64,000 nt of DNA, taken from NCBI GenBank assembly GCA_001803415.1, contig MHDC01000011.1, forward strand, positions 4,642-68,641. The letters run 5' to 3'. The DNA comes from Microgenomates group bacterium RBG_16_45_19 (lineage in GTDB: Bacteria; Patescibacteriota; Microgenomatia; UBA1400; RBG-16-45-19). Made by a program: the position numbers and the translations under genes. Each line of letters begins with the position of its first letter. Within the stretch, counting starts at the first letter, position 1. The notes beneath the pieces are model-generated. The model worked only from the letters and a program-made list of their open reading frames with translations. It did no database searches and was not told where the DNA came from. Of the stretch, positions 27,748 through 37,604 are shown piece by piece.

Positions 27748-28995
27748 TTAGGTTAATTTAAAGACTTTTCTGACTAGGTGGAGGCCGTTGATCAGGGCAT
27801 CGATTTCGTCACGGGTATTGTAGAGGTAAAAGCTGGCGCGGACGGTAGCGGGAACATCCAACTTTTCCATCAAGGGTTGGTTGCAATGGTGACCGGAACG
27901 GACGGCGATGCCGCACTCACGGTCCAAGATTTGAGCGACATCATGAGCATGGACGCCAGTGAGATTGAAGGTAAAGATGGCGGCGCGCTTGTTCGGGTCA
28001 CGCAGGCCATAGAGAGTGACGAGCCCCTGCTTTTCCATCTCGACAAAGCGTTGGAGGGCATAAGTAGTTAAGTCTTGTTCGTGGTCACGGATATTTTGAA
28101 GGCCGTGCTGTTGGAGATAATCGCTAGCCACGGACAGGCCAATAGCCCCAGCGACGTTGGGGGTGCCGGCTTCAAAGCGGTCGGGTAAATCAGCCCACTC
28201 GGCAGAATCTGGTTTGACCTGGCTAATCATACCGCCACCGACTAAGAAGGGTTCCATGGTTTCTAAAATGGCCTTTTTAGCCCACAAGACACCAATACCC
28301 ATGGGACCGAGCATTTTATGACCGGAAAAACAGAAGAAGTCGACATGCAAATCTTTAACATGGATGGGTAGATGCGGGGTGGATTGGGCGCCGTCGGCTA
28401 AAAGACAAACATGGGGAGCAGAATGTTTAAGATCGCGGGCTAAATGTTGTATGTCGATAATGGTACCGAGGACATTGGAAACGTGACTGAAAGCGACTAA
28501 CTTAACTCGTTGGCCGACTAAGCTCTTGAGGTAAGAGAAAGCTAGGTCGCCATTGTTGTCGAGTGGTAAGTGCAGGAGCTTAGCGCCGGTTTGACGACAG
28601 AGACGCTGCCAGGGCAAGAGGTTGGAGTGATGCTCGAGTTCGGTAACAATGATTTCATCATCTGGTTTAAGATGAGCCAGACCCCAGGAAAAAGCGACCA
28701 GATTAATAGCCTCGGTGGTATTTCTGACAAAGACAATCTCATTAGGATCGGAGGCACCGATGAAGCGAGCCAAGTTAGCCCGGGCGGCTTGATAGAGTTG
28801 GGTGGCTTCGTCACCTAAAGTGTGGATGCCGCGATGAACATTGGCGTTATGGTTTTGGTAAAAATCCACCAGAGCGTTGATAACCACCTGAGGTTTCTGG
28901 CTGGTAGCGGCGTTGTCCAAGTAGATTAGGGGGTGGCCGTTGATTTGACGCTTGAAGATGGGAAAGTCGGCGCGGATTTTGTCAGTAGCTAACAT
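27748..28995 (-). CDS. sufS: Cysteine desulfurase SufS
   Basis: 'YLDNAATSQKP', 'FSGHKMLGP', 'RSGHHC'. Confidence 0.97.
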   Translation of the reverse strand: MLATDKIRADFPIFKRQINGHPLIYLDNAATSQKPQVVINALVDFYQNHNANVHRGIHTLGDEATQLYQAARANLARFIGASDPNEIVFVRNTTEAINLVAFSWGLAHLKPDDEIIVTELEHHSNLLPWQRLCRQTGAKLLHLPLDNNGDLAFSYLKSLVGQRVKLVAFSHVSNVLGTIIDIQHLARDLKHSAPHVCLLADGAQSTPHLPIHVKDLHVDFFCFSGHKMLGPMGIGVLWAKKAILETMEPFLVGGGMISQVKPDSAEWADLPDRFEAGTPNVAGAIGLSVASDYLQQHGLQNIRDHEQDLTTYALQRFVEMEKQGLVTLYGLRDPNKRAAIFTFNLTGVHAHDVAQILDRECGIAVRSGHHCNQPLMEKLDVPATVRASFYLYNTRDEIDALINGLHLVRKVFKLT

Positions 28996-29019
28996 CTCCC
29001 CTATTGTACCCCATCATAA

Positions 29020-29048
29020 TTGACACTGATAATGTAACATGTTACTAT
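29020..29048 (+). promoter_or_regulatory. Promoter with palindromic operator for the RHH-VapC module
   Basis: TTGACA-N17-TACTAT; perfect palindrome GTAACATGTTAC (29034-29045); ATG 8 nt downstream. Confidence 0.75.
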
Positions 29049-29056
29049 GATGAGGT

Positions 29057-29308
29057 ATGTTGACTCACCGAACGAACGTGTTATTTGAGCACGACGACTA
29101 TATCCAATTAGTAAACCTGTCGAAGAACCGAGGAGTGACGATGGGTAATTTAATCAGAACGGCGGTAAGGGAAAAATATGGTTTTAAAGATAGCAAAGAT
29201 TACAGAAAACAGTTGGTAAAGAGGATACAAGAAGGCAGAAAGTATTTAAAAAATCCTGAAATACCAATAGATTATAAAGAGTGGATCAATGCCGGGCGAC
29301 GCTTTTAA
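29057..29308 (+). CDS. RHH-type antitoxin
   Basis: 'HRTNVLF...MGNLIRTAV', 'INAGR'. Confidence 0.8.
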   Translation: MLTHRTNVLFEHDDYIQLVNLSKNRGVTMGNLIRTAVREKYGFKDSKDYRKQLVKRIQEGRKYLKNPEIPIDYKEWINAGRRF

Positions 29309-29708
29309 GTCATTCATCATTGATGCTTCGTGGGTGTTGTCTTATTTGGTGACTGATGAAATTACGTCAAAATTGGTAGTGTCGAAAACTAATCGAATCC
29401 TCAATAATCCTAATCTGACGATGACCGCGCCAGCGATACTGCCATTTGAAGTGGGAAATGGCCTGCGAATGGGATGGGCGAGGCAAAGATTGTCAATTGA
29501 AGATGTGGGGCGATATTCTCAAGAATATGGGGAACTACCAATTAAGTTAAGTGAAATTGATTTTGGAGAAAGTATGACGCTAGCAATGGAAAATAAGCTG
29601 ACTTTTTATGACGCGGCGTATGTGTGGCTGGCTGTGGAGAAAAAGGCAGAGTTATTAACCTTAGACGAGAAGATGAAACGGGTGTGGCAAAAGTTGAGAG
29701 AAAGTTAG
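29289..29708 (+). CDS. PIN-domain (VapC) toxin
   Basis: 'IIDAS', 'FEVGN', 'LTFYDAAY', 'LLTLD'. Confidence 0.92.
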   Translation: MPGDAFKSFIIDASWVLSYLVTDEITSKLVVSKTNRILNNPNLTMTAPAILPFEVGNGLRMGWARQRLSIEDVGRYSQEYGELPIKLSEIDFGESMTLAMENKLTFYDAAYVWLAVEKKAELLTLDEKMKRVWQKLRES

Positions 29709-30160
29709 GTATCCAAAAATCCTTGAGCGAGGAGGTGGGTGGCGCGAGGGCGGGACAGACCGCGGGACATGAGATAGAAGAGCTGATCGGCATCGATTTG
29801 GCCGATTGCGGCGGCATGAGAGCATTTAACGTCAGCGCTCATAATTTCCAGATTAGGAATGGCATTAGCTCGGGCTTTTTCTGAAAGCAAGAGCACCCGT
29901 TCTTCTAAGAAAGAGTTAGTTTGGGAAGCGCCGGGCTTAACGATAATGGTGCCATTAAAATTAACCACTCCTCGACCGGCGACGACGGCTTTAAGAGAAG
30001 TAGTGGCCGAGGTCCGGGGGGCAGCGTGAATGATGGTTAAGTGGAGATCAAGCTGGTCTTGGCCTTTGAGCCAAAAGCGGCCGATGACGGCGAGTTCACT
30101 CCCCGCCTGGGAGAGAGTGTAAGTGTAGCTGCCGGAGTGGGTTAAGGTTATGGTTTTCAT
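29705..30160 (-). CDS. sufD: Short SufD-like protein (C-terminal beta-helix only)
   Basis: 'PNLEI..DVKCSHAA', 'LFYLMSRGL'; only 151 aa. Confidence 0.85.
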   Translation of the reverse strand: MKTITLTHSGSYTYTLSQAGSELAVIGRFWLKGQDQLDLHLTIIHAAPRTSATTSLKAVVAGRGVVNFNGTIIVKPGASQTNSFLEERVLLLSEKARANAIPNLEIMSADVKCSHAAAIGQIDADQLFYLMSRGLSRPRATHLLAQGFLDT

Positions 30161-31581
30161 CCGATGGAACCCTCCATTTCCAGATCGATGAGCCGATTCA
30201 TCTCGACGGCATACTCCAGCGGGAGTTTTTTCACCAGAGGGGCGACAAAGCCAGATACGATTAACTTACTGGCAGCTTCTTCAGTTAAACCCCGGGACAT
30301 GAGGTAGAAGAGCTGTTCGGCACCGATTTTACTGACGGTAGCTTCGTGTTCCAGAGAAACCTGGTGATTAAAGATACGGTTGGTGGGATAAGTATCCGAG
30401 CGGGACAACTCATCTAGAAGCAGGGCGTCGCAGACGACCTTGCTCTTGGAATGGTGAGCCTGAGGCCCAATATTAACCAAGCCGCGGTAACTGGTGCGGC
30501 CACCACCTTTAGAGATGGATTTACTAATAATAGTGGAGGTGGTGTAGGGGGCTAAGTGAACCGCCTTGGAACCAGTGTCCTGGTGCTGATCCGGACCGGC
30601 GAGAGCCAGGGATAAGGTTTCACCACGGGCACCTTTTCCGGCAAGGATGTAGCCGGGGTACTTCATGCTCAGTTTGCTGCCCATATTAAAGTCGGTCCAA
30701 ATCATTTCGCCCTCGGTTTCAACCCGAGCCCGTTTGGTAACCAGGTTATAGACGGTTTTATACCAATTTTGGATGGTCGTATATTGAACCCGGGCCCCCG
30801 GCCCGACAAAAATCTCGACTACGGCGGAATGGAGCGAAGCCGACGAAAAAGCCGGAGCCGTACAACCCTCGACGTAATGAACCTGACTCCCCGCTTCGGC
30901 GATGATAAGAGTCCGTTCAAACTGACCGGCTTGGGGGGCGTTGATTCGAAAATAGGCTTGGAGGGGTAGGGTGACGGTCACGCCGGCAGGAACGTAAACA
31001 AACGAACCCCCACTCCAGACAGCGGTATTTAAGGCGGCAAACTTGTTGTCACCGGCGGGAATTAAAGTCCCAAAATACTGCTTAAACAGGTCTGGATACT
31101 TTTTGACGGCTTCATCCGTAGAAATAAAGATAACTCCCTGGTCCGAAAGCATTTTTTTAATAGAACCGTAAATGACTTCGGAGTCATATTGGGCCTTAAC
31201 ACCGGCCAAAACCGCTCGTTCGGCTTGGGGAATACCGAGGCGGTCAAAGGTAATTTTAATCTCGGGGGGGACCTCAGCCCAAGACTTGGTTTCGGCAGCG
31301 GTTGGCTTTAAATAGTAATGAATGGCATCATAGTCAATCTGACTTAAATCACCCCCCCAAGTGGGAATAGGTTTGGCGGTAAAAAGTTTATAGGCAGCCA
31401 GACGCGAGTGGCGCAGCCACGGGGGTTCGGTTTTATAGGCGGAAATGGCTTCAACCACTTTAGAGGAAAGACCGGGTTGAGAAATAAAAGCATAGTTGGT
31501 GGTGGGGCTGGAATAACCATGCTCGTAAGTCTGAGGCTGGAGATCCTGCCGGGTGGTGTGTTTGGGGGCAAAACGGGACAT
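30157..31581 (-). CDS. sufB: Fe-S cluster assembly protein SufB
   Basis: 'GQFERTLI', 'YVEGCTAP', 'EHEATVSKI', 'EMEGSIG'. Confidence 0.97.
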   Translation of the reverse strand: MSRFAPKHTTRQDLQPQTYEHGYSSPTTNYAFISQPGLSSKVVEAISAYKTEPPWLRHSRLAAYKLFTAKPIPTWGGDLSQIDYDAIHYYLKPTAAETKSWAEVPPEIKITFDRLGIPQAERAVLAGVKAQYDSEVIYGSIKKMLSDQGVIFISTDEAVKKYPDLFKQYFGTLIPAGDNKFAALNTAVWSGGSFVYVPAGVTVTLPLQAYFRINAPQAGQFERTLIIAEAGSQVHYVEGCTAPAFSSASLHSAVVEIFVGPGARVQYTTIQNWYKTVYNLVTKRARVETEGEMIWTDFNMGSKLSMKYPGYILAGKGARGETLSLALAGPDQHQDTGSKAVHLAPYTTSTIISKSISKGGGRTSYRGLVNIGPQAHHSKSKVVCDALLLDELSRSDTYPTNRIFNHQVSLEHEATVSKIGAEQLFYLMSRGLTEEAASKLIVSGFVAPLVKKLPLEYAVEMNRLIDLEMEGSIG

Positions 31582-31620
31582 AAATAATGAGCAATGAGCA
31601 AGAAACAATGAGTAATAAGC

Positions 31621-32380
31621 TTATAAAAACTGGCGGTAGCCGGATTGGTCGAGGCGAGAGATTAATTTGGGGCCATCGGTAGCGACAATTTGACCTTTAA
31701 CCATGACTGAAACCTGAGTCGGCCGTAGGTGTTGGAGGAGACGGGGGTAATGAGTAATCACCAGTAAACCAACTTGATCTTGCCGGGCAGCCAGCTTGGC
31801 GGCGTGAGCCACCAACTTAAGGGCGTCAATATCCAAACCAGAGTCGGTTTCGTCGAGAATGGCAATTTTGGGTTTAAGCGTGAGAAGAGTCAGCATCTCC
31901 AGGCGCTTTTTTTCGCCGCCGGAAAAACCATCATGAAGAGCGCGGGTCATAAAAGAGGGGTGGATGGCTAAAATTTGGGCGTGGTGCTGGAGTTGCTGCC
32001 GGAATTCGGTGACCGAAAGTTTGGGGCAGTGATCATGAAGGTGACAGCCGGTACAATGAATGGCTTCGTAAGCAGTTTTCAAGGCGTTTTGAACCGAGAC
32101 GCCAGGAATGGCCACCGGGTGCTGAAAAGCTAAAAACAAGCCTAAATGAGCCCGTTCATCGGGAGATTTATCCAAGAGCGAGTCCCCGTTGAGAGTGGTG
32201 GTGCCAGCGGTAACGTGATAGTCGGGGTGGCCCATCAAAGCATAGGCCAGTGAAGATTTACCGGAACCATTAGGCCCCATTAAGGCGTGAATAGCCCCCG
32301 CTTTAAGATTCAGGTCAAGCGGGCCAACCACCGACCGGTCAGCCACGGTGACAGCCAAACGGCGAACTTGAAGGAGAGCC
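31621..32380 (-). CDS. sufC: Fe-S assembly ATPase SufC (start codon uncertain)
   Basis: 'MGPNGSGKS', 'FSGGEKKR', 'LDETDSGLD'. No ATG at the expected start; candidates are TTG 32358 or ATG 32481. Confidence 0.92.
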
Positions 32381-32389
32381 GAAGCAGAG

Positions 32390-32788
32390 CTAGTGGGTGA
32401 GGTCTTTGAGGGTATAGGAGTGTAAAGTGTGATTAATAGACTGGGATAACTTAAGGATGACGCGGGAATGAAGACAAACATCCTGAAAGGGACAACTTTT
32501 GCCGTGAAAGCAAGAGGTGGGGCTGGGCAAAGCGTTAAAGACTTTAAGAATATCGGCAATAGTAATGCGTTGGGCGGGGTACGCCAGCTGATAACCACCA
32601 CCCATTCCCTCTTTACTGTTAACCAAGCGGGCGTGTTTGAGTTCGATGGCAATTTGGCTTAAAAATTTATAGGGCAGACGATATTCCCGGGCAATACGAC
32701 TTAAGGGGGTATAAGCTTTATTGGGAGTAGTGGCTAAATAAGTCATGAATAACAGACCATAATCATCTTTTTTGGTGATGGAAAGCAT
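32390..32788 (-). CDS. Rrf2-family (IscR-like) regulator with three Cys
   Basis: 'DYGL', 'EGMGGGYQL', 'CFHGKSCPFQDVC'; first gene of the suf operon. Confidence 0.92.
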   Translation of the reverse strand: MLSITKKDDYGLLFMTYLATTPNKAYTPLSRIAREYRLPYKFLSQIAIELKHARLVNSKEGMGGGYQLAYPAQRITIADILKVFNALPSPTSCFHGKSCPFQDVCLHSRVILKLSQSINHTLHSYTLKDLTH

Positions 32789-32845
32789 ATGACTCCTATA
32801 GCTGTAAGGGTAGTTTAGCGTTTCGACGGGCTCAACGCAAGATCC

Positions 32846-33439
32846 CTAAACCAAACTCAGCTGGGTGCCATTCGACCGGGGGCTGAAATTAAAATTAACC
32901 GGGAGTTCAACCGGATTATTCCAGTGATTGAGAAATTTGACATACCCATGGCGACGACCGAAATCATAAAGATCACGAGTAATTTCGACGTCTTTGAGGC
33001 AATAGGCGGCCAAACTGGCCAAGTCACTCTGCTGGTAATACTTGATGGCATCCAGGCCAACGCCGCTTTTATGAACCCCTAAAGTTTGAGAAGCCACAGC
33101 GTCTAAACTAACTCGACGACCGGCTTGATTTTTAATCTCGAGAAATAAATCGAGGATGGGGAGCGTGTCCAGATCAAGCTGACCATAGACACTTAAGGCG
33201 GGGAGGTCAAAGCCCAGCAGATTGTAGCCGACAATCAGATCAGCTTGATTGAGTAGCGGGAAAAAATGTGACAGGTCCGATTCAAAAAATTGATGGCGGG
33301 TTTCGGTGACGGGGCCGGCTTCCGGCAAACCAAGACGTTCAATAGCGCCGAGAAAACTGACCCCTAATTTTTCAGGATAGTATCCGCCGACATCGGTAAA
33401 TATTTGCTTGGTTTCGAGGTCAAAAATGATTTGACGCAT
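32846..33439 (-). CDS. RNase H-like (DEDD/YprB-type) exonuclease domain protein
   Basis: 'FDLET', 'GYNLLGFD', 'YCLKDV'. Confidence 0.85.
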   Translation of the reverse strand: MRQIIFDLETKQIFTDVGGYYPEKLGVSFLGAIERLGLPEAGPVTETRHQFFESDLSHFFPLLNQADLIVGYNLLGFDLPALSVYGQLDLDTLPILDLFLEIKNQAGRRVSLDAVASQTLGVHKSGVGLDAIKYYQQSDLASLAAYCLKDVEITRDLYDFGRRHGYVKFLNHWNNPVELPVNFNFSPRSNGTQLSLV

Positions 33440-33453
33440 GGCTAAACGACAGA

Positions 33454-34368
33454 TTAAGGATGAAAAGCGGTGACCGGTTTGGCATGAGCCACAACCAGAG
33501 CGGCTAGAGCTTTAAGCCGAGTCCGACCGGTGGTCTGTAAAAAGGTTTTGATCGCGGCTAAAGACTCCTGGTCGGAAGGAGACCGGGTGGCCAAGTCGCC
33601 GATTTCCTGCCAAACTGCCCGGCCGACGGCAATACCGGAAGCACCATGAGTACAAGCTACCTGAGTTAAGAGTTTGAAATGAGAATAAGCCATACCCCGG
33701 GATAACAACACCCAGGGAACGGTGGCATGGCGAGAGATTGCCTGGCTGGCTTTAACCCATTCAGGTTGAGACGACTGCGGTAGATTTAGGGGAAATTCCA
33801 GTTTTAAGATATCCACTAAGGGGCAGAATTGGTCAATCATCTTAAGGGTGAGGGAGAGTTTATCTTTTTGACTAAATTGACCGAGGCCATGAAGGATCGG
33901 TTCCAAGAGAAAAATCACTTTAAGGCGACGGCATTGCCGGGAAATCTGCTTAACCAGATCAAATTGGACTGGGGCAGCGGGAGCATGGGGATGATAATAC
34001 AAGAGCAATTTGGCCGCGGCGTGACGAGCTTTGATGTCGGCCACGCCCCAATGCGGCAACAGCTGGGTCGGCTGGTTCTGATCGGTATCGGTATAACTCG
34101 AAGCTTCCAAGGCAAACAGCAAGCCGGTACCGGCAGGCACTTCTTTGTCCAGATCGAGACCATAATCTAAACCATAAATGGGGTCGATGAGCATGGCGGA
34201 AACTAGGCCACTAAATGATTCGATAAAGAGACGTTTGACGGCAACCAGGCAAGCCGCCGGGACCGCTTGAGGATCTTGGGGATTTAAAAAAGCCGCCAAG
34301 GAACTGCGGTGGTCAAAAGCGGCAATGACCAAATGACCTGATGGCGTAGTTAAGGCATGAAGATTCAT
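33454..34368 (-). CDS. Class I aldolase, tagatose-1,6-bisphosphate aldolase (LacD)-like
   Basis: 'AAFDHRSS', 'KLLLYY', 'LKLEFP', 'LSRG', 'GRAVW'. Confidence 0.85.
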   Translation of the reverse strand: MNLHALTTPSGHLVIAAFDHRSSLAAFLNPQDPQAVPAACLVAVKRLFIESFSGLVSAMLIDPIYGLDYGLDLDKEVPAGTGLLFALEASSYTDTDQNQPTQLLPHWGVADIKARHAAAKLLLYYHPHAPAAPVQFDLVKQISRQCRRLKVIFLLEPILHGLGQFSQKDKLSLTLKMIDQFCPLVDILKLEFPLNLPQSSQPEWVKASQAISRHATVPWVLLSRGMAYSHFKLLTQVACTHGASGIAVGRAVWQEIGDLATRSPSDQESLAAIKTFLQTTGRTRLKALAALVVAHAKPVTAFHP

Positions 34369-35696
34369 CGGCGTTTAATTTTGGCCGGATTAAGTAAAGC
34401 CTGAATCCCCTCTTCGGTGTCGACTAAGACTTCACTGGCCGGTTCACCGGTGAGGACCTCGTTGACGGCGGTTTGATAGAGAGAGATGACTTGTTGGTTA
34501 AGGTCAGATTCGGCGGTAGAGGAATTTAAATACCAGGTTTGGGCGGTGGGTGCCTGCTGGATAAAAGCACCGACATACTGGTCCTCAATGAGTTGGTCGG
34601 CCATATCCAGGCGGGGAAAGGGCATGCCGACAAGTTGGCTGGCACTAGCAGCCGTATAAAGCATTCTTAAGGTGTCGGCTTGACTTAAATATTGGAGCCA
34701 TAACCAGGCAGCTTGACGTCTATCTTTAGAAATCGAGGCGGAGACCCCCTCGACCCAGTAATTGGCCCAGGTTTGATCGCGTTGAGGTAATTGAGGTAAG
34801 GGAGCGACGGCAAAAGGAAGGTCAGGATTGAGTTGTTTAACTTGAGGAACACGCCAAGAAGGAGCCACCATCATGGCGGCTTTACCGGTGGCAAAGGCAT
34901 AAGTCGAGGGTGGTAAGGTATCGTTCCAAACCTGGTCTTCGGTGGCAAAAAGAGTGTAATAAGTTAAGGCCCCCTGACCTTCAGGCGTATTGGGCTGAGC
35001 CAAATCGGCCCCATTCTGAAGAAAGCTGAAGGCTAAAAAGTCAGACCAATGCTCGACATTTTTGGTAGTACCCAGGGCAATGCCGGCGCGTTGAATCTGA
35101 TTATCAACGGTGAGAGTGAGTAATTTGGCGGTGGATCGGAGTTCGTTGGGAGTTTGAGGCGGTTGAATACCGGCGGCGGCCAGAATGGCAGTGTTGTAAT
35201 AAAGACCCAAGCCGTCCACCTCCAAGGGTAGCCCAAGATATCCTCTTTTAGTCTTCAGCCAAGCTTGGTTAGCCGGATAGAAAATGGCTTCATACTCAGC
35301 CGTCGAGTAAACTGAAGCCGGCATGGGAGCCAGCTGTTTTAATAACTGAGGCGCCCAAGTCAGATGATAACGAAACAGATCGGGGCCGCGGTCAGAGGCC
35401 AGGGCAGTTTGCAACCGGGACCAATAATCGGCTTCGGATTGAACAAGGTAATTGATTTTAATATGGGCATTTAGAGCTTCAAAGTCGGCAATTGCCTGAG
35501 TGAAGGTAGAGGTGGGTTGGCGTAAACCCCAATGGACTAAAGTAATGGTTGGAGCGGATTCAGGCGAGAGGCGCTGTCTGATTCGGGGAAGGATAAAGGC
35601 CAAAAATATCAATAACCCAAGCCCAAGACCGAGGCTAAAGAGAACCGGTTTGGTCGGCTTAAAACCGGCGGGTAAACGTAGGGAAAGCTGTTTCAT
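34365..35696 (-). CDS. ABC transporter sugar-binding protein, membrane-anchored
   Basis: N-terminal TM, 'GPDLF', 'GLP..DGLGLYYN', 'FATGKAAM'. Confidence 0.88.
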   Translation of the reverse strand: MKQLSLRLPAGFKPTKPVLFSLGLGLGLLIFLAFILPRIRQRLSPESAPTITLVHWGLRQPTSTFTQAIADFEALNAHIKINYLVQSEADYWSRLQTALASDRGPDLFRYHLTWAPQLLKQLAPMPASVYSTAEYEAIFYPANQAWLKTKRGYLGLPLEVDGLGLYYNTAILAAAGIQPPQTPNELRSTAKLLTLTVDNQIQRAGIALGTTKNVEHWSDFLAFSFLQNGADLAQPNTPEGQGALTYYTLFATEDQVWNDTLPPSTYAFATGKAAMMVAPSWRVPQVKQLNPDLPFAVAPLPQLPQRDQTWANYWVEGVSASISKDRRQAAWLWLQYLSQADTLRMLYTAASASQLVGMPFPRLDMADQLIEDQYVGAFIQQAPTAQTWYLNSSTAESDLNQQVISLYQTAVNEVLTGEPASEVLVDTEEGIQALLNPAKIKRR

Positions 35697-35754
35697 AACA
35701 CCCGTTCATCCTACCACTGATCGAGAGAGCAGAGAATGGGGTAGAATGTAAGGC

Positions 35755-37569
35755 ATGGTTAAAGGATTTAAGCTGAAAAAATTGAAACCAAAACAGAAAC
35801 AGCGAATTAAGCTCTTGAGTCTTGGAGCCTTGCTGGTCTTAATAATGGTGCCGCTGGTCGGCTACCTAACTTATCGGGGGTTATACTACCGGAAATTTTT
35901 TCCGGTGCAGGTCGGACCGGTCAAATTAACCCAATTAACCCAGGCTCAAGCGCAAGCCAGGTTGAACCAAGAAGCAGAGAAGTTTTTAGGGCAAAAGCAA
36001 TTGGAATTGCAGTACGAGGATCAGCTCTGGACACTGAGTTTTGAAGCACTGAACTTAAAATATGACTTGGGCGCGACCACGGCTCAAGCTTACGCCATTG
36101 GCCGGAGGGAACCAATAAGGGAACACTTAACCACCCATTGGCGGTTAATGCAGGTACCAGCCAGGATACCGCTGGTATACCGACTGGATGAATCAGCCTG
36201 GAAGGTACTAATAGCAACCATGGCGGCAGTGATCGATCAGCCGGTGATCAAACCAGCGGTCAAGCTGACCAGGACAACTAGAACCAGCCCGGCTGAAATA
36301 GTCATTGAGCCTGGACAAAACGGTAGACAGCTGCAGACGGCAGCCTTAACCGAGATGATAAGCCAACAACTAGGTTGGTTAGAAACCGGACCGATCACAG
36401 TGCCAACGCAGCCGGTGGTAGTGGTGGCGGATGAAGTCAGTTTTATTCAAGCCAAAGCCAAAGCCGAGAAATTATTAGGTAAAAGTTTGATTTTAACCTT
36501 AAAAGCGGATGATCTGGATCAAAGCTGGACGTTAACGGATGAGGAAATGATTAAGTTGATGGAGGTCGGGCGCACTTTTGACGACGAGCTGTTGTCACTT
36601 TATTTAACTCAAAAAGCCCAAGAAATAAACCGACCGGCGCAAGACGCGGTCTTCAGGTTTAATGAGGTCAGTGGCCGCGTCGAAGAGTTTACTCCGGCTA
36701 AGGAAGGCTTGGCCGTTGACCTCACAACGACCAAAACCCAATTAGACCAGGCATTAAAGCAATTGATTAACAACGACAGCGTGGAAGCGGTAGAGCTGGC
36801 AGTGATGAAAACGGCGCCAGCGGTAACTTTGGCCAAAGTCAATACTTTAGGCATCAGCGAGTTAATTGGCCGGGGTACAAGTACCTACCAAGGTTCAATC
36901 CCATCAAGAGTCCATAATGTGGCTTTGGCTGCCGAGCACATTAGCGGAGCGTTGATTAAACCAGGTGAGGTATTTGATTTTAATCAAGTGATTGGTGATG
37001 TCTCGGCCAAAACCGGTTATCAACAAGCCTACATTATTATCAACGGTCGGACCGAATTAGGCGATGGTGGGGGGGTGTGCCAAGTGAGCACTACCACCTT
37101 TAGAGCCGCTTTAGATGCCGGTTTACCAATCGTGGAACGACAAGCGCACGCTTACCGGGTAGGTTACTATGAACAAGATACCAAAGCGGGTATCGATGCC
37201 ACGGTTTATGCCCCGTCACCTAACCTAAAATTCTTAAATGATACCCCGGCGCATATTTTAGTTCAGGCGACGGCCGAGACACCCAAGCGGGCGTTAACAG
37301 TTGATATTTACGGGACCAGCGACGGCCGAGTGACCACGATTACTAATCATGCAGTCTGGGACATCACTCCCCCACCGCCGGATCTGATAGTTGATGATCC
37401 AACTTTGCCGGCCGGGACGATGAAGCAGGTAGACTGGAAAGCTAGTGGGGCTAAAGCCAAATTTGATTACACGGTGGAACGAGGTGGCTCAGTAATCCTA
37501 GAAAAAACCTTTTACTCGGCATATAAACCGTGGGCATCAGTATTTATGAAGGGAACCGGACCGATTTAG
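35755..37569 (+). CDS. VanW-family protein with peptidoglycan-binding regions
   Basis: 'RVHNV', 'FDFNQVIG', 'GGGVCQVSTT', 'GIDATV'. Confidence 0.92.
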   Translation: MVKGFKLKKLKPKQKQRIKLLSLGALLVLIMVPLVGYLTYRGLYYRKFFPVQVGPVKLTQLTQAQAQARLNQEAEKFLGQKQLELQYEDQLWTLSFEALNLKYDLGATTAQAYAIGRREPIREHLTTHWRLMQVPARIPLVYRLDESAWKVLIATMAAVIDQPVIKPAVKLTRTTRTSPAEIVIEPGQNGRQLQTAALTEMISQQLGWLETGPITVPTQPVVVVADEVSFIQAKAKAEKLLGKSLILTLKADDLDQSWTLTDEEMIKLMEVGRTFDDELLSLYLTQKAQEINRPAQDAVFRFNEVSGRVEEFTPAKEGLAVDLTTTKTQLDQALKQLINNDSVEAVELAVMKTAPAVTLAKVNTLGISELIGRGTSTYQGSIPSRVHNVALAAEHISGALIKPGEVFDFNQVIGDVSAKTGYQQAYIIINGRTELGDGGGVCQVSTTTFRAALDAGLPIVERQAHAYRVGYYEQDTKAGIDATVYAPSPNLKFLNDTPAHILVQATAETPKRALTVDIYGTSDGRVTTITNHAVWDITPPPPDLIVDDPTLPAGTMKQVDWKASGAKAKFDYTVERGGSVILEKTFYSAYKPWASVFMKGTGPI

Positions 37570-37604
37570 AGTGACCAGACCAAGCCATGGTAAAATCCAA
37601 AGGT

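Noticed and set aside
35755-37569. Vancomycin resistance implied by VanW
   Set aside because: Stand-alone VanW-domain proteins are common; there is no vanHAX or vanRS.
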